This document shows positions 53,596 through 63,670 of a DNA stretch of 63,671 bases, piece by piece. The notes under the pieces are model-generated. The model had not been told where the DNA came from. It ran no database searches and saw nothing but the letters and a program-made list of their open reading frames with translations. Numbering within the stretch: position 1 is the stretch's first letter; each line of letters begins with the position of its first letter. A program made the translations under genes and the position numbers. Origin of the DNA: a virus (Duplodnaviria > Caudoviricetes); IMG/VR virus record IMGVR_UViG_3300042894_002234, positions 1 to 63,671 of that record, one strand, 5' to 3'.

Positions 53596-56376
53596 TTATT
53601 TACCATTTAAAACCTCTTGAGGATTATTAGTTTTTACTTTTAAATTCTCTAATTTAATTTTCATTTGATCAGCAAAGTCTTTAGACATATCTATACTAGA
53701 TTGCATATCTGTTATTAGTCTTTCAGCATCACCTTTATATAATGAATTAGTTTTATATATTGGTTCACCTTCCTGTAATTTTACTGGATCCCATGTAGGA
53801 ATTTTTTGAAATACAGAATATGAATTATTAATTGGATCTTTAGTTATAACAGCATATCCTCCTTCATCATTAGGATTTCCTAACTGAACTTTGTTATTAT
53901 TAGTTTGAAAAATAATATCTGCAAAAGATTTAGTACCTGCTTCTAATACATTATTGGCTTTATCTTTTGGTATATATATTTCAAATCCTTTAGATATTCC
54001 ACTAAATTCAGTAGATTCAGCTTCTTTCTTAGCACCAACAATATTTTCTTCTAACCATTGTCTATCTGGTGTAATAGTCACTTTAGCAAAATCTTTTTTA
54101 TCTGAAAAGGCTTCATATTTAAATGTAGCTAAAGGCATTTTAGGATTATCTTTTTTAGGATCGTAACCCTTAGAAAAATCTCTTATAAATTGTTGAACCA
54201 TCTCAACAGTTGTTCCTGAATCTTCTTTTACTTGATATCCACTATTTTGGATATCTCTTAAAATGGTTTCTGCAGCAGCATAATTTTGACTAAATTTTTC
54301 TAAAGGATTAGCATTTAAAAATACAGGTTTAGCACCTACGGCTCCACCACCATCACCTTTAACAACTTGACCATAAAAAGGAATTACTCTTAAGCTTTTA
54401 TTTTCTCTAGTTCCATCAGAATATTGTCTAATATATTCTTCTGTCATTTCATCATGTATTTCAGCAGAATCCTCTATACTAATACCTTTTTTTAATAGCA
54501 TATCCTGAAACTCATTTTTAGGTACAATACCATTTTGTTTTGTAAAAAAATTATCTACAAACTGTATATAGTCTGAATCTAATTCCGAATATACATCATT
54601 CTTCATTGTAAGTTTTATTCTATTACCATTTTCAGCTTGTAATTTAGCAACAGCTTCAACATTCATTTTTTGTCTGTTGACATTTTTCATTACACCTGCT
54701 TTATCTTTAAGTAAACCTGAATATATAGGATTTCCTTGTAAAGCATATACAACTTGACTGTATTTCTTTTCATAAGTTTTATAGCCTTTAGCCCAACTAT
54801 AATGTTTATCAAAAGTATCTTCATCTGGTTTAGCACCTGGAAACAATCTAGCAAAATCTTTTTTAGCAATGTCTGCATATTTACCAGTTCCTTGAGATGC
54901 TTGATATAGATTTGAATATACATCTGTTAATACATCACGCATATTACCCATATAACCACTAACTTCAGATTCAATTGTTTTTGTGTTAGTTATATATAAG
55001 TCTTCTTTGCTTAAATTATCATCAGTAATTTCACCAGTAGTAATCTCTAATGGTTTACCAGCACCTAATAATGCAGCAGCTTCTTGTTTTTCTTCTTGTT
55101 TCTTTATTGCTTCTTTTTGAGAAGTATAATCTAATTTGGCAATATCATATCTAAAATTAAGTGCAGCCATTGCTTGTGAATTGCGTAAAGAAAGTGCTGA
55201 ACTTTGTTCATTCAATGCAAATTGATCTTCTTTACTTTCAATTCCACTTGTTGCTTGTGAATAATTATGAGCAATATCTCTAATGTCATTATCAAAATAT
55301 TCATTTGCTGCAAGTCCGTCTATTCTACCTCTTAGTGTTCTGATATCAATAGAATCAATATCAGTAAAAGCATCTTTATTTCTTAATAAACCAGTTTTAC
55401 CTTTTTCTAACACTGGTACTAATTGACTAAGATATCTGTATTCTTGCGCATCTTTACTATCTAAAGCAATTCCTTTATTTTTAATTTTACTATCAAGTAA
55501 ATTTAGTTTGGCTTTAGATGAATTTAATTCTAAATCCATTTGAGATATCTGTTCTTCCAATGATTGGGAAATACTATCTGCTCTATCTATTAGATATTGT
55601 TTTTCTGCTTCTTCTTCAGAACCATTAAACATAGAAGCATTAGATCTAGCATAATCTTTTCTAGCAACATATGCTTTAGTATCATACATTGCTGTTACAC
55701 TGCTATCATCTTCATATAATGTCTTAATCATATTATATAATGGTTTCTCTAATAGATCACCATTTGTATATGTAACATTATATCTACCTGTATTTACTTC
55801 TCTTGTAATTTTGAAGTCTTGTTCTTTTAAAAACTTTAATACATCTTCAGCATATTTAACTCTTGGTGTATAAGATACTTTACCAAAGTTTAAAGACTCA
55901 TCTGTACCTGTTTTTTTAAATTCTTCTCTTTTATATTCTACTGCTTTTAAACCTTCATCCCAAGCACCAAATTTTTCACAATCTTTACCAACACAATTCT
56001 TAAGCATCTCATGTGCTTGTCTTGAATCATCAATTGATTTAGTTACAACCATATCAACCATCATTGGTTTATCTTGATAGAATGGTTTAAATATTTGAGA
56101 GGCTGCTTGTACGTTTTGTGGTAATGATAAATCTACTCCAGAAATCTTTTTAATTTCTTTATCAGCATCTTTAAAAAATTGATCTCTTCTATTTACATTT
56201 TCATCTCTTGTAAGAGGTGAGTTTAATATTGTAGAATATAATCCACTTAGTTGCTTATACCCTTGCTGATATTGCTCATGCTTTAATTGTAAAGCCTGAT
56301 TATAAAAGTCAAAGTTAGGAGTAAAAGGTTGGAATGGTTGAATCACATCCGTGACCCCTTGTAAGTATGTAGCCAT
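53596..56376 (-). CDS. Virion cargo/ejection protein (926 aa)
   Basis: MATYLQGVTD..QPFQPFTPNFDFY N-terminus, helical; lies upstream of the giant genes. Confidence 0.65.
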   Translation of the reverse strand: MATYLQGVTDVIQPFQPFTPNFDFYNQALQLKHEQYQQGYKQLSGLYSTILNSPLTRDENVNRRDQFFKDADKEIKKISGVDLSLPQNVQAASQIFKPFYQDKPMMVDMVVTKSIDDSRQAHEMLKNCVGKDCEKFGAWDEGLKAVEYKREEFKKTGTDESLNFGKVSYTPRVKYAEDVLKFLKEQDFKITREVNTGRYNVTYTNGDLLEKPLYNMIKTLYEDDSSVTAMYDTKAYVARKDYARSNASMFNGSEEEAEKQYLIDRADSISQSLEEQISQMDLELNSSKAKLNLLDSKIKNKGIALDSKDAQEYRYLSQLVPVLEKGKTGLLRNKDAFTDIDSIDIRTLRGRIDGLAANEYFDNDIRDIAHNYSQATSGIESKEDQFALNEQSSALSLRNSQAMAALNFRYDIAKLDYTSQKEAIKKQEEKQEAAALLGAGKPLEITTGEITDDNLSKEDLYITNTKTIESEVSGYMGNMRDVLTDVYSNLYQASQGTGKYADIAKKDFARLFPGAKPDEDTFDKHYSWAKGYKTYEKKYSQVVYALQGNPIYSGLLKDKAGVMKNVNRQKMNVEAVAKLQAENGNRIKLTMKNDVYSELDSDYIQFVDNFFTKQNGIVPKNEFQDMLLKKGISIEDSAEIHDEMTEEYIRQYSDGTRENKSLRVIPFYGQVVKGDGGGAVGAKPVFLNANPLEKFSQNYAAAETILRDIQNSGYQVKEDSGTTVEMVQQFIRDFSKGYDPKKDNPKMPLATFKYEAFSDKKDFAKVTITPDRQWLEENIVGAKKEAESTEFSGISKGFEIYIPKDKANNVLEAGTKSFADIIFQTNNNKVQLGNPNDEGGYAVITKDPINNSYSVFQKIPTWDPVKLQEGEPIYKTNSLYKGDAERLITDMQSSIDMSKDFADQMKIKLENLKVKTNNPQEVLNGK

Positions 56377-56428
56377 AGTATAATATATACAAAAATATAT
56401 AAAGTTTATTAAACTTATAAAGTTTATT
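56377..56428 (-). promoter_or_regulatory. Candidate promoter/operator: TTTTTGTATAT motif plus 13-bp direct repeat and inverted repeat
   Basis: ATATACAAAAA 56385-56395; TATAAAGTTTATT at 56398-56410 and 56416-56428; AAGTTT-att-AAACTT inverted repeat at 56402-56416. Confidence 0.55.
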
Positions 56429-56436
56429 CAATTAGT

Positions 56437-58308
56437 TTAACCACCAGTTGGATTAAAACCAAGACCCATTTGTTGCATCATTTGGTAATATGCAGCTAAA
56501 TCTTGATCATTAGCTTGTCCTCTTTGTCTTCTAGGACTTCTAGATAAAGCTTCACCTGGATATATTCTATCATATATATCCATTTTAGCATCATTATCAT
56601 ATGGTGACCATCTAGTATCATCTAAAAATTTAGCTAATTGTTCTTCTCTTCTTTGAGCATCTGCTTTATAAGAAGCATCTAAACTTTGTGGTAGATTATC
56701 TTGATTTAATCTAATACTACCTCCATCACTTGGATCTAAAAAGTATTCATATGGATGCATATAATTCATAGTATTAGCCATAGCCTTATTACTAAGACCA
56801 GTATTGTAAGCATTAATAATATTACGCCTAGCTAAATTTCTAGAATTATCAAACTGTTGATTTGCTGTAGTAATTTGATCATAGTAGTTACCAGTCTTCT
56901 GAGCATTATATAACGCTTGTTTAGTATCTACTTCAGCATTATACTTAGCAGCATCATTAGCTACACCAACATTTAAATTTTCATATTGACCTAAAGTGTT
57001 AGCAGCTTGTTCAGCAGCTCTACCTTGCATTTGATTATAACCAGCTACATACGCTTGAGGATTACTATAAGCATTCATTCCTTGAACACCTATATTAGTT
57101 TGTTCATTTATATTAGCTAGTGCTCTAGAAGGATCATAAAATGTGGGATCATAATTTGCAAAGTCTGCTTCTGGCATCCAAGGCATATATTTTTTAGTCC
57201 CTGTCCAATCTGCTAGTGCTCCATATAGATTATTTCTATCTTGAGGAAACCAACCAACTTCTGGTATTTTACCTTTTTTACCTACTCCACCTACTGGTAT
57301 ATCACCACCAGTGTTTATATCCTCACATAAACCAGTAACTGGATTACGTTTTTGTCCTGGAGGACAATCTTTATTAGGAGGAGGTGGTGTTTTTTGTTTT
57401 GTAGTAGCTATTTGTCTTGATGTATTATCACCAAATATTGCATCTATAAAACTTATATTACCAGCACCTTTTTTATTAGCTAATGATTCAGAATCATCTG
57501 GATCAACAGGACCTGAACCAGTCCAGTTAAATTGATCTAGTTTAGTTCTAACATTTTTAGGAACAGTATTATCTACAGACAAATCTTTTAAATCATAAAA
57601 AGTTTTTTGAAATGCTGTTAAATCTGTTTCATCTATACCATATTCTCCTAGTATTCTATCTCTATTTGCTTTATTAGCATCTAGATTTAAATCTTTAAAT
57701 TCATCTTCAGAAGTTTTAGAATTAAGAATCATAATAGCTCTTTGAGTCTTTAAAAATCTTTTGACTAACTCATCAGCATCTTTTACATTCTTGTATGCAG
57801 AACCTTTTCCTTTAACTTTATAAGAGCTTTTAGTTTTTTGATATTCTTTCCATAAAGCTTCTTTTACTTCAGGATCACTCAATGCAGTTTCAAGTTCATT
57901 GTAATCACTTGTATAATCTCTTTGTGATCCTTTTAAGAAATAAGGATCATCATTAGATACTTTTTTTAATTTTGGTTTACCAGTAGATTCATCATATCCA
58001 GTTACTCTACCTAATTGACCATCAACTTCAATAACTGAACCTATTGGTGGTTTACCAGTAGGAGCACCTACATTTTGTGTTACAGCAGAAGGACTTTGAT
58101 TTACAACTACAGCATTAGCAGATGCTTGAGTAGCATTCTCAGGAACATAACCAAATGTTCCATCTGCATTTTGAGTGTAAACATAAATAGAGCCATCTCC
58201 CATTTCTATTTTATCTCCTACAATTGGAGTATCATTATCAGGTGGAACTTGAACACCTCCTTGAGCTTTAGGAAGCTCTGGATAAAACATGTTATATGGA
58301 GTATACAT
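56437..58308 (-). CDS. Virion cargo protein (623 aa)
   Basis: N-terminal LPKAQGG, CPPGQKRNPVTGLC, N/Q/A-rich helical C-terminal half. Confidence 0.65.
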   Translation of the reverse strand: MYTPYNMFYPELPKAQGGVQVPPDNDTPIVGDKIEMGDGSIYVYTQNADGTFGYVPENATQASANAVVVNQSPSAVTQNVGAPTGKPPIGSVIEVDGQLGRVTGYDESTGKPKLKKVSNDDPYFLKGSQRDYTSDYNELETALSDPEVKEALWKEYQKTKSSYKVKGKGSAYKNVKDADELVKRFLKTQRAIMILNSKTSEDEFKDLNLDANKANRDRILGEYGIDETDLTAFQKTFYDLKDLSVDNTVPKNVRTKLDQFNWTGSGPVDPDDSESLANKKGAGNISFIDAIFGDNTSRQIATTKQKTPPPPNKDCPPGQKRNPVTGLCEDINTGGDIPVGGVGKKGKIPEVGWFPQDRNNLYGALADWTGTKKYMPWMPEADFANYDPTFYDPSRALANINEQTNIGVQGMNAYSNPQAYVAGYNQMQGRAAEQAANTLGQYENLNVGVANDAAKYNAEVDTKQALYNAQKTGNYYDQITTANQQFDNSRNLARRNIINAYNTGLSNKAMANTMNYMHPYEYFLDPSDGGSIRLNQDNLPQSLDASYKADAQRREEQLAKFLDDTRWSPYDNDAKMDIYDRIYPGEALSRSPRRQRGQANDQDLAAYYQMMQQMGLGFNPTGG

Positions 58309-58313
58309 AGTTT

Positions 58314-59300
58314 TTATTTTATATTATATTTCTTTTTAAATTCAATTTCTTCTGCTGGTGTTAACTTCCTTGTTTTATTTTTTGGGATAGGTTGTATATT
58401 ATTCTTTTTAAAGAATTCAGCTTCCTCTTGAGGAGTTAATTTCATTGTTCTAGGTTCTCTTACTGGTTTTACTTCTGGTAAAGGTTGAACATTTCTATTA
58501 ATATCTGGTACTGCAATATTTTGTGAAGGTAGCTCATTAATTTCTTTTCTATATAAACCTTCTATACTGGTTGTTCTTGGTTTTTCTTCAATACTTTTAT
58601 TAGGTAATACAAAAAGATTTTCTGGACCATATCCTATTGGAGTATTTTCAGATTCATCAGCCATTCTATAACTCTTAGGTTGATTAAGCATTCCTTCAAA
58701 GTCATATGGTGTAAAGTCCCTAGTTGCAATTTGATAAGTTCTCCTTGCTGCATCATTCTTATATTTATTAATGGTTTCAAAATCAGTATTTTTATTACCT
58801 AATTGATAAGGATTATATCCACATATTCTATACCCATTAGAATCAATATAACAATTACCTTTTTCCCAATCTGTTTGACCATTTACATTTTTATATTGAG
58901 CATTATAGTTATGATTCTGAAATATATTATGTATTAAATTATCATCATTATTATCTGTCTCCTTAAATTCAATTTTATTACCATAATATTTATCATAAAT
59001 ATCATGACCTTGTTCAGAATATAATTCTGGACTATATACTTTATTGGTTAAATTAATAACTTGATTTAAAAAATTAGGATCAAATGAATTAATAGGTTGA
59101 TTATAAAAATCATATAAATTATAAGAACCATATTGATTACGTCTACTATATTTTGCTAAATAGTCATCATATTCATCAATATAACTAGGTGTTCTAGTTT
59201 TATCATACCAATGGGAATCTCTAAAAGGTTCAGTAACCCCTTTGAGTTCTTTCATATTAGAGAACTCACCATCTATTTGATATTTCCTTAACTTTTTCAT
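58314..59300 (-). CDS. Hypothetical (probable virion) protein
   Basis: True start probably ATG at 59300 (TAATG-coupled), MKKLRKYQIDG; duplicated C-terminal KLTPxEExEFxKKxNI. Confidence 0.6.
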   Translation of the reverse strand: MKKLRKYQIDGEFSNMKELKGVTEPFRDSHWYDKTRTPSYIDEYDDYLAKYSRRNQYGSYNLYDFYNQPINSFDPNFLNQVINLTNKVYSPELYSEQGHDIYDKYYGNKIEFKETDNNDDNLIHNIFQNHNYNAQYKNVNGQTDWEKGNCYIDSNGYRICGYNPYQLGNKNTDFETINKYKNDAARRTYQIATRDFTPYDFEGMLNQPKSYRMADESENTPIGYGPENLFVLPNKSIEEKPRTTSIEGLYRKEINELPSQNIAVPDINRNVQPLPEVKPVREPRTMKLTPQEEAEFFKKNNIQPIPKNKTRKLTPAEEIEFKKKYNIK

Positions 59301-62300
59301 TATTCTTTTTCCCAAATTACTTCTTCTGATTTAAGTTTCATTAATCCTGAATTTAAACTTGTTGTAGGAGTAGTAGTTTTTGTACTACTACTCTTAGATT
59401 TAGTTGGAGCAGGACTAGATGATTTTTGTTGAACTGGAGCCGATTTAGTTACAATAGCTGGTTTAGGTGCTTGTTGAACTGTTCTAGCAGAAGCTGGGGC
59501 AGAAGCTGGAGCTTTAGGTTTAACTAATGTTTTAGGAGTAGAAGCTGGTTTATTAAGTTTTAGTTCTTTATCCATTTCTTTTTGAAATAATATATCTAGA
59601 TCAATAGGAGTTCTATTATTATTAGCTTGTGTAATAGCTTGAGAAACTCTTGAAGCAACTAATACCATTCTTTCTGGTGGTATTTTTCCAATATATTTAG
59701 ATGCTAATTCTATTAATTTAGGACCATATTTTGCAGCTAATTGAGTTGTCAACTCAGCTACACGCATACCCGCTAACGCTGTATTAAGTGCTGCTTTTTG
59801 AGCAACTGGTACTGCTGCTTTAAAACCTGCAGCAGCTCCTTTATAAAGTCCTTTTCCAATTGCATATGGTATTTCTGGAATAATCATAGGATCTGTAACA
59901 ATATCTAATCCTAGTTTTTCTCCTTCGCTCATTTGTGAATTTCTTGAAACAGTAGTACTAGGAGACTCAAATAAACCAGTTAACAAATAATTACCAGTTT
60001 TTTGTGGAAGAGTAAACATATTACCAAAATAATCCAATACGCCATCTGAACCATTAAAAGGTATTAATTCTTTTAATGATTGCATAGCTCTTGGATCCTC
60101 TCTTGGATCATTCCAATCACTACTAAATTCAACATTACTCCAATTTTTACCAACTCTATCCCAATAACCTGTAGGTTCATTATCATTATTTTTAACATTA
60201 CCTCTACCTGTAAGTAATGAACCAATTTGTTGAATAGGATTTCTATCTACTTGGTTACCTCCTTGATATATAGGTAATATTGGACCACCCATTATATTAG
60301 TACCGCCTATTTTATAAGGTGTTATTTTAAATTTAGGTTTATAGTTATCGGAACTACTACTGTCTCTTGGCACTTCATTATCCCAAGTACGAAATTTAGG
60401 TAAAGAGTCTACACTATTAATTTTACGAGGATATGTTTTAATATCTTTAGAAATTCTATTAAGAAGTGCACTATTTGAAACTTGACCTTTCTTTTGATAT
60501 CTTTCTAAATTAGAACCACCATATGCATATTCCTCATAAGAAGGTCTACGACTACTTAAAGTTTCATAATCCATCATATATCTAGGATCTCTAGAATCAC
60601 GTTCTTCTTGATACTGAGGAAAGAATTGTTCAAGCATATTAGCTTGTCTACTTTGACTAAATGGTTTAGGTTGTAAACCTCTTATAATTTCATAAGGGTT
60701 GTCTATACCTTCTGCTTTAAATCTTTGTTGCCAATAATCTGCACCATTAACTCCACCATCAATATCAGTGATCCTTCCTCTAGCTTCATTGATTAATCTA
60801 CGTTCAATGTCTTTACGAGTTTCAGGGATATCATCATATCCTGTATTTTTATAAGGTCCACCATTTCTCATAGCAGGTTGACCCATTTGTTCAGGCATTG
60901 GTTCCATTTGCTCTTGCATCATTCTTGGATCCATCTGCTGTTGCATCATTTGTTCCTGCATAGCTGGATCCATTTGTTGTTGCATTTCAGGATCTTCTTG
61001 TTCAGGATCTGCTGATTCAGGCAATAACATTTGTGGATCAATACCTGCTTTCTCTAAGTATGGACCAGCAATTAATGGAATACCACTAGGGAATCCTTTC
61101 TTAGCTTCTTGTATAATAGCAATCTGACCTAATTTATAAATCATACTTTCAACCATCATCTGAGCAGTTTTTCTTTCTACTGGATCAGAGTTTTCATTTT
61201 GAAGTACTCCTATATAATCTGAATAATCAAATCTTTTAGCTAAATCCGCAGGTGATGCTGGTTTAGTAGAACCTGTTAATTCTTTAAGAATCTTAGGATC
61301 TTTGATAATCATAGATCTAGTCTTAGAGAATATAAATGTATTCTCAGGAAGACTTAATGGTGTACCACCAGCATAGTGATTCTTACCACCTATCTTAAAG
61401 AATTTAGGTATACCATCTGCTCCACCAGGAGTTACTGCTACTTCACCAACTTCAGCTTCTAGATTAGCAAGTTCTCTTTTAACTGGCTTTAATGTATTAG
61501 ATACTTCACGTTCTGGTTCACCATAAAGAATAGCTTCTGGATGTGAGTAAGGATTAGACATGTAAGGATTCTGTACTTGAGTTCCTACTTTAGCTAACTG
61601 CATACCATATTTACCAAACTCACTAGCATTATAACCCATTGGTATATTTTGATCTGGTCTAAAATTAGCAGTACCTGGTTGTGTATTAGTTACATAATCA
61701 CCTCTACTACCATAATTAGCATCAAATAAATTATCAGAAAGTAATGCCATATCAGCCTGATTTTGTGCTTTCTTAGCTTTACCAGCATTACCCATTGCAC
61801 CAATAAAACCAGAAATAGCGGAACCCATACCTGGCATATTATTTTTTGTTTTAGGTGGAATAAAAGTTGGTCCTGTAGTAAGCTCTTTATCTTTATTTGG
61901 ATTGGTTGCATTACTTGTAATTGGATCATCTTGTGGACCAAAATCAATAGGTGTGTTTAATGATTGATCAGCCATTTTAGTATTTTGAACTGGAGCTGGT
62001 TTTGATTGCGGTCCCATTGGGTTATTAGGATATGCAGCATTAAAATCTTGTAGATAATTATCTACACCAGTATTACCAAAATTCCATGCAGGTGAATTAC
62101 CAAAAGAACCAATACCAGAATTAAATTGTCCAGTTAATACATCAGATTGATATCTTGGTAAACTACCGCCATGTTTAGCTAACATTGATATTAATGCTGT
62201 TGGATCAAATCCACCACCTCCACCACCTGATTTTCCTCCACCAGTTATTCCTGATACTGCTGTTTTTGCTGCTATTCCACCTACTGGACCTGCAAACATA

Positions 62301-63670
62301 GTACCAAGTGCTCCAGCTGCCATAGGTAATACTTTTCCAAGTATACCTCCATTTTGTGCAGTTGGTACATTTCCACCGTACTTACCAAGAAATGATAATA
62401 ATGCAGAAGGATCAAATCCTCCTGCTGCTGCTCCTGCTGCGCCACTTCCAGCTGCTCCTGCACCTCCACCACCTAATACACCACTTAATGCTCCTAATGG
62501 ATTACCTCCACCCCCACCTCCAGTAGCTGGTGCTGCACCAGTTCCACCTTTAGGTTTATCCATTGCATTCATTCCAGCTTTTACTATCATTCCACTACCA
62601 GGAGCAGCAATATTTGCTGCTATCGGTGCTGCAACTTTAGCAACTTCAATAGCTTTACTTGCTGCTTTTCCTACTGTATTTGCAGCACTTTGTGCTAAAT
62701 TTGCAAATGCACCAAATGTATCTCCTTTAGCTTTAAACTGATTAGCATTAGATTGAAATTTACCTGCTGCAGCTAATTTATTAGGATTGTAACCACTACC
62801 ATAATCATAAAATGAAGAACCATCTTCATTTTGAGTAGTGCCACCTGATTGAAAATTTTTAATATCACTATAAACATCTTTTTCTAATGCTTTATCATAA
62901 TTCTGCTGACCATAACCTTGAGCTAATTCTAAAAAAGCTTGAAGCTTAGATTCTGGTTTAGACATATCACTAGCCAACTGACCATTAGAATCACCACCTT
63001 CTTGGAATTTAAAACAGTTAGTTCCTGGTTTACAATTTAATAAACCATTACCTCTTCTTCTTCCTCTCCCACCTCTTCTTTTTCTTTTTAATCTTTTAAA
63101 GAAGTCACCAACATTATCAAAACCATCACCAACACGATCTGCTACATTTTCTAAAAATGGTACTCTTCTTACTGGATTATAATCATCTTCATAATCATAA
63201 CTAGAGTCATCATACTCTTGTTCTGGTGCAGAAGGATTTCTATAAAATGTAGAAGTACCTGTTCTTCTAGGTACACCACCAGGCACTCTTAATGTATCTG
63301 TTATTTCTCTTCCTGATTCATTAGGTATACTTTCTCTAGTAGCAGTTCCATTAGGAATATTTCTTCTCATTGGTCTACCACCTTCAGGGAATGAAGGCCA
63401 TGAAACAACATTACCTGGTGCAGCTACTCTATCACCTCCATCATACCAAGATGGATCTGGAGCATATTGTTCTGTACCAGTATCTGGTGTGTATATATTA
63501 TTAGCACCACCCATCTGCATCATTTGTTCAGGTGACATTTGTTGCATTGATTCTTGTGCTTGTTGTTGACCTCCTTGTAACTCTTGAGCCATTTGATCAA
63601 TAGCTTGTTTTTGTTCTTGAGGATCCATTTGCTGAAGTTCTTGAATAATCTCTTCAGGAGATATTCCCAT
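59300..63670 (-). CDS. Large low-complexity virion cargo protein (at least 1456 aa; may extend beyond the window)
   Basis: Q/M-rich and Gly-rich segments; ANLEAEVGE...GGKNHYAGGTPL..PENTFIFS core; repeated xxxGG motifs. Confidence 0.7.
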   Translation of the reverse strand: MGISPEEIIQELQQMDPQEQKQAIDQMAQELQGGQQQAQESMQQMSPEQMMQMGGANNIYTPDTGTEQYAPDPSWYDGGDRVAAPGNVVSWPSFPEGGRPMRRNIPNGTATRESIPNESGREITDTLRVPGGVPRRTGTSTFYRNPSAPEQEYDDSSYDYEDDYNPVRRVPFLENVADRVGDGFDNVGDFFKRLKRKRRGGRGRRRGNGLLNCKPGTNCFKFQEGGDSNGQLASDMSKPESKLQAFLELAQGYGQQNYDKALEKDVYSDIKNFQSGGTTQNEDGSSFYDYGSGYNPNKLAAAGKFQSNANQFKAKGDTFGAFANLAQSAANTVGKAASKAIEVAKVAAPIAANIAAPGSGMIVKAGMNAMDKPKGGTGAAPATGGGGGGNPLGALSGVLGGGGAGAAGSGAAGAAAGGFDPSALLSFLGKYGGNVPTAQNGGILGKVLPMAAGALGTMFAGPVGGIAAKTAVSGITGGGKSGGGGGGFDPTALISMLAKHGGSLPRYQSDVLTGQFNSGIGSFGNSPAWNFGNTGVDNYLQDFNAAYPNNPMGPQSKPAPVQNTKMADQSLNTPIDFGPQDDPITSNATNPNKDKELTTGPTFIPPKTKNNMPGMGSAISGFIGAMGNAGKAKKAQNQADMALLSDNLFDANYGSRGDYVTNTQPGTANFRPDQNIPMGYNASEFGKYGMQLAKVGTQVQNPYMSNPYSHPEAILYGEPEREVSNTLKPVKRELANLEAEVGEVAVTPGGADGIPKFFKIGGKNHYAGGTPLSLPENTFIFSKTRSMIIKDPKILKELTGSTKPASPADLAKRFDYSDYIGVLQNENSDPVERKTAQMMVESMIYKLGQIAIIQEAKKGFPSGIPLIAGPYLEKAGIDPQMLLPESADPEQEDPEMQQQMDPAMQEQMMQQQMDPRMMQEQMEPMPEQMGQPAMRNGGPYKNTGYDDIPETRKDIERRLINEARGRITDIDGGVNGADYWQQRFKAEGIDNPYEIIRGLQPKPFSQSRQANMLEQFFPQYQEERDSRDPRYMMDYETLSSRRPSYEEYAYGGSNLERYQKKGQVSNSALLNRISKDIKTYPRKINSVDSLPKFRTWDNEVPRDSSSSDNYKPKFKITPYKIGGTNIMGGPILPIYQGGNQVDRNPIQQIGSLLTGRGNVKNNDNEPTGYWDRVGKNWSNVEFSSDWNDPREDPRAMQSLKELIPFNGSDGVLDYFGNMFTLPQKTGNYLLTGLFESPSTTVSRNSQMSEGEKLGLDIVTDPMIIPEIPYAIGKGLYKGAAAGFKAAVPVAQKAALNTALAGMRVAELTTQLAAKYGPKLIELASKYIGKIPPERMVLVASRVSQAITQANNNRTPIDLDILFQKEMDKELKLNKPASTPKTLVKPKAPASAPASARTVQQAPKPAIVTKSAPVQQKSSSPAPTKSKSSSTKTTTPTTSLNSGLMKLKSEEVIWEKE

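Noticed and set aside
60870-61000. MQQQMDP-type repeats as a nucleotide tandem repeat or contingency locus
   Set aside because: Repeats are imperfect at DNA level and explained by Q/M-rich protein low complexity.
31038-62472. Short + strand ORFs and nested alternative-frame ORFs within the giant genes (likewise short minus ORFs within + genes such as 6140-7048, 11388-11639, 16600-16794)
   Set aside because: They lie wholly inside long coding genes and have the Ser/Leu/Ile-rich composition of antisense or frame shadows.
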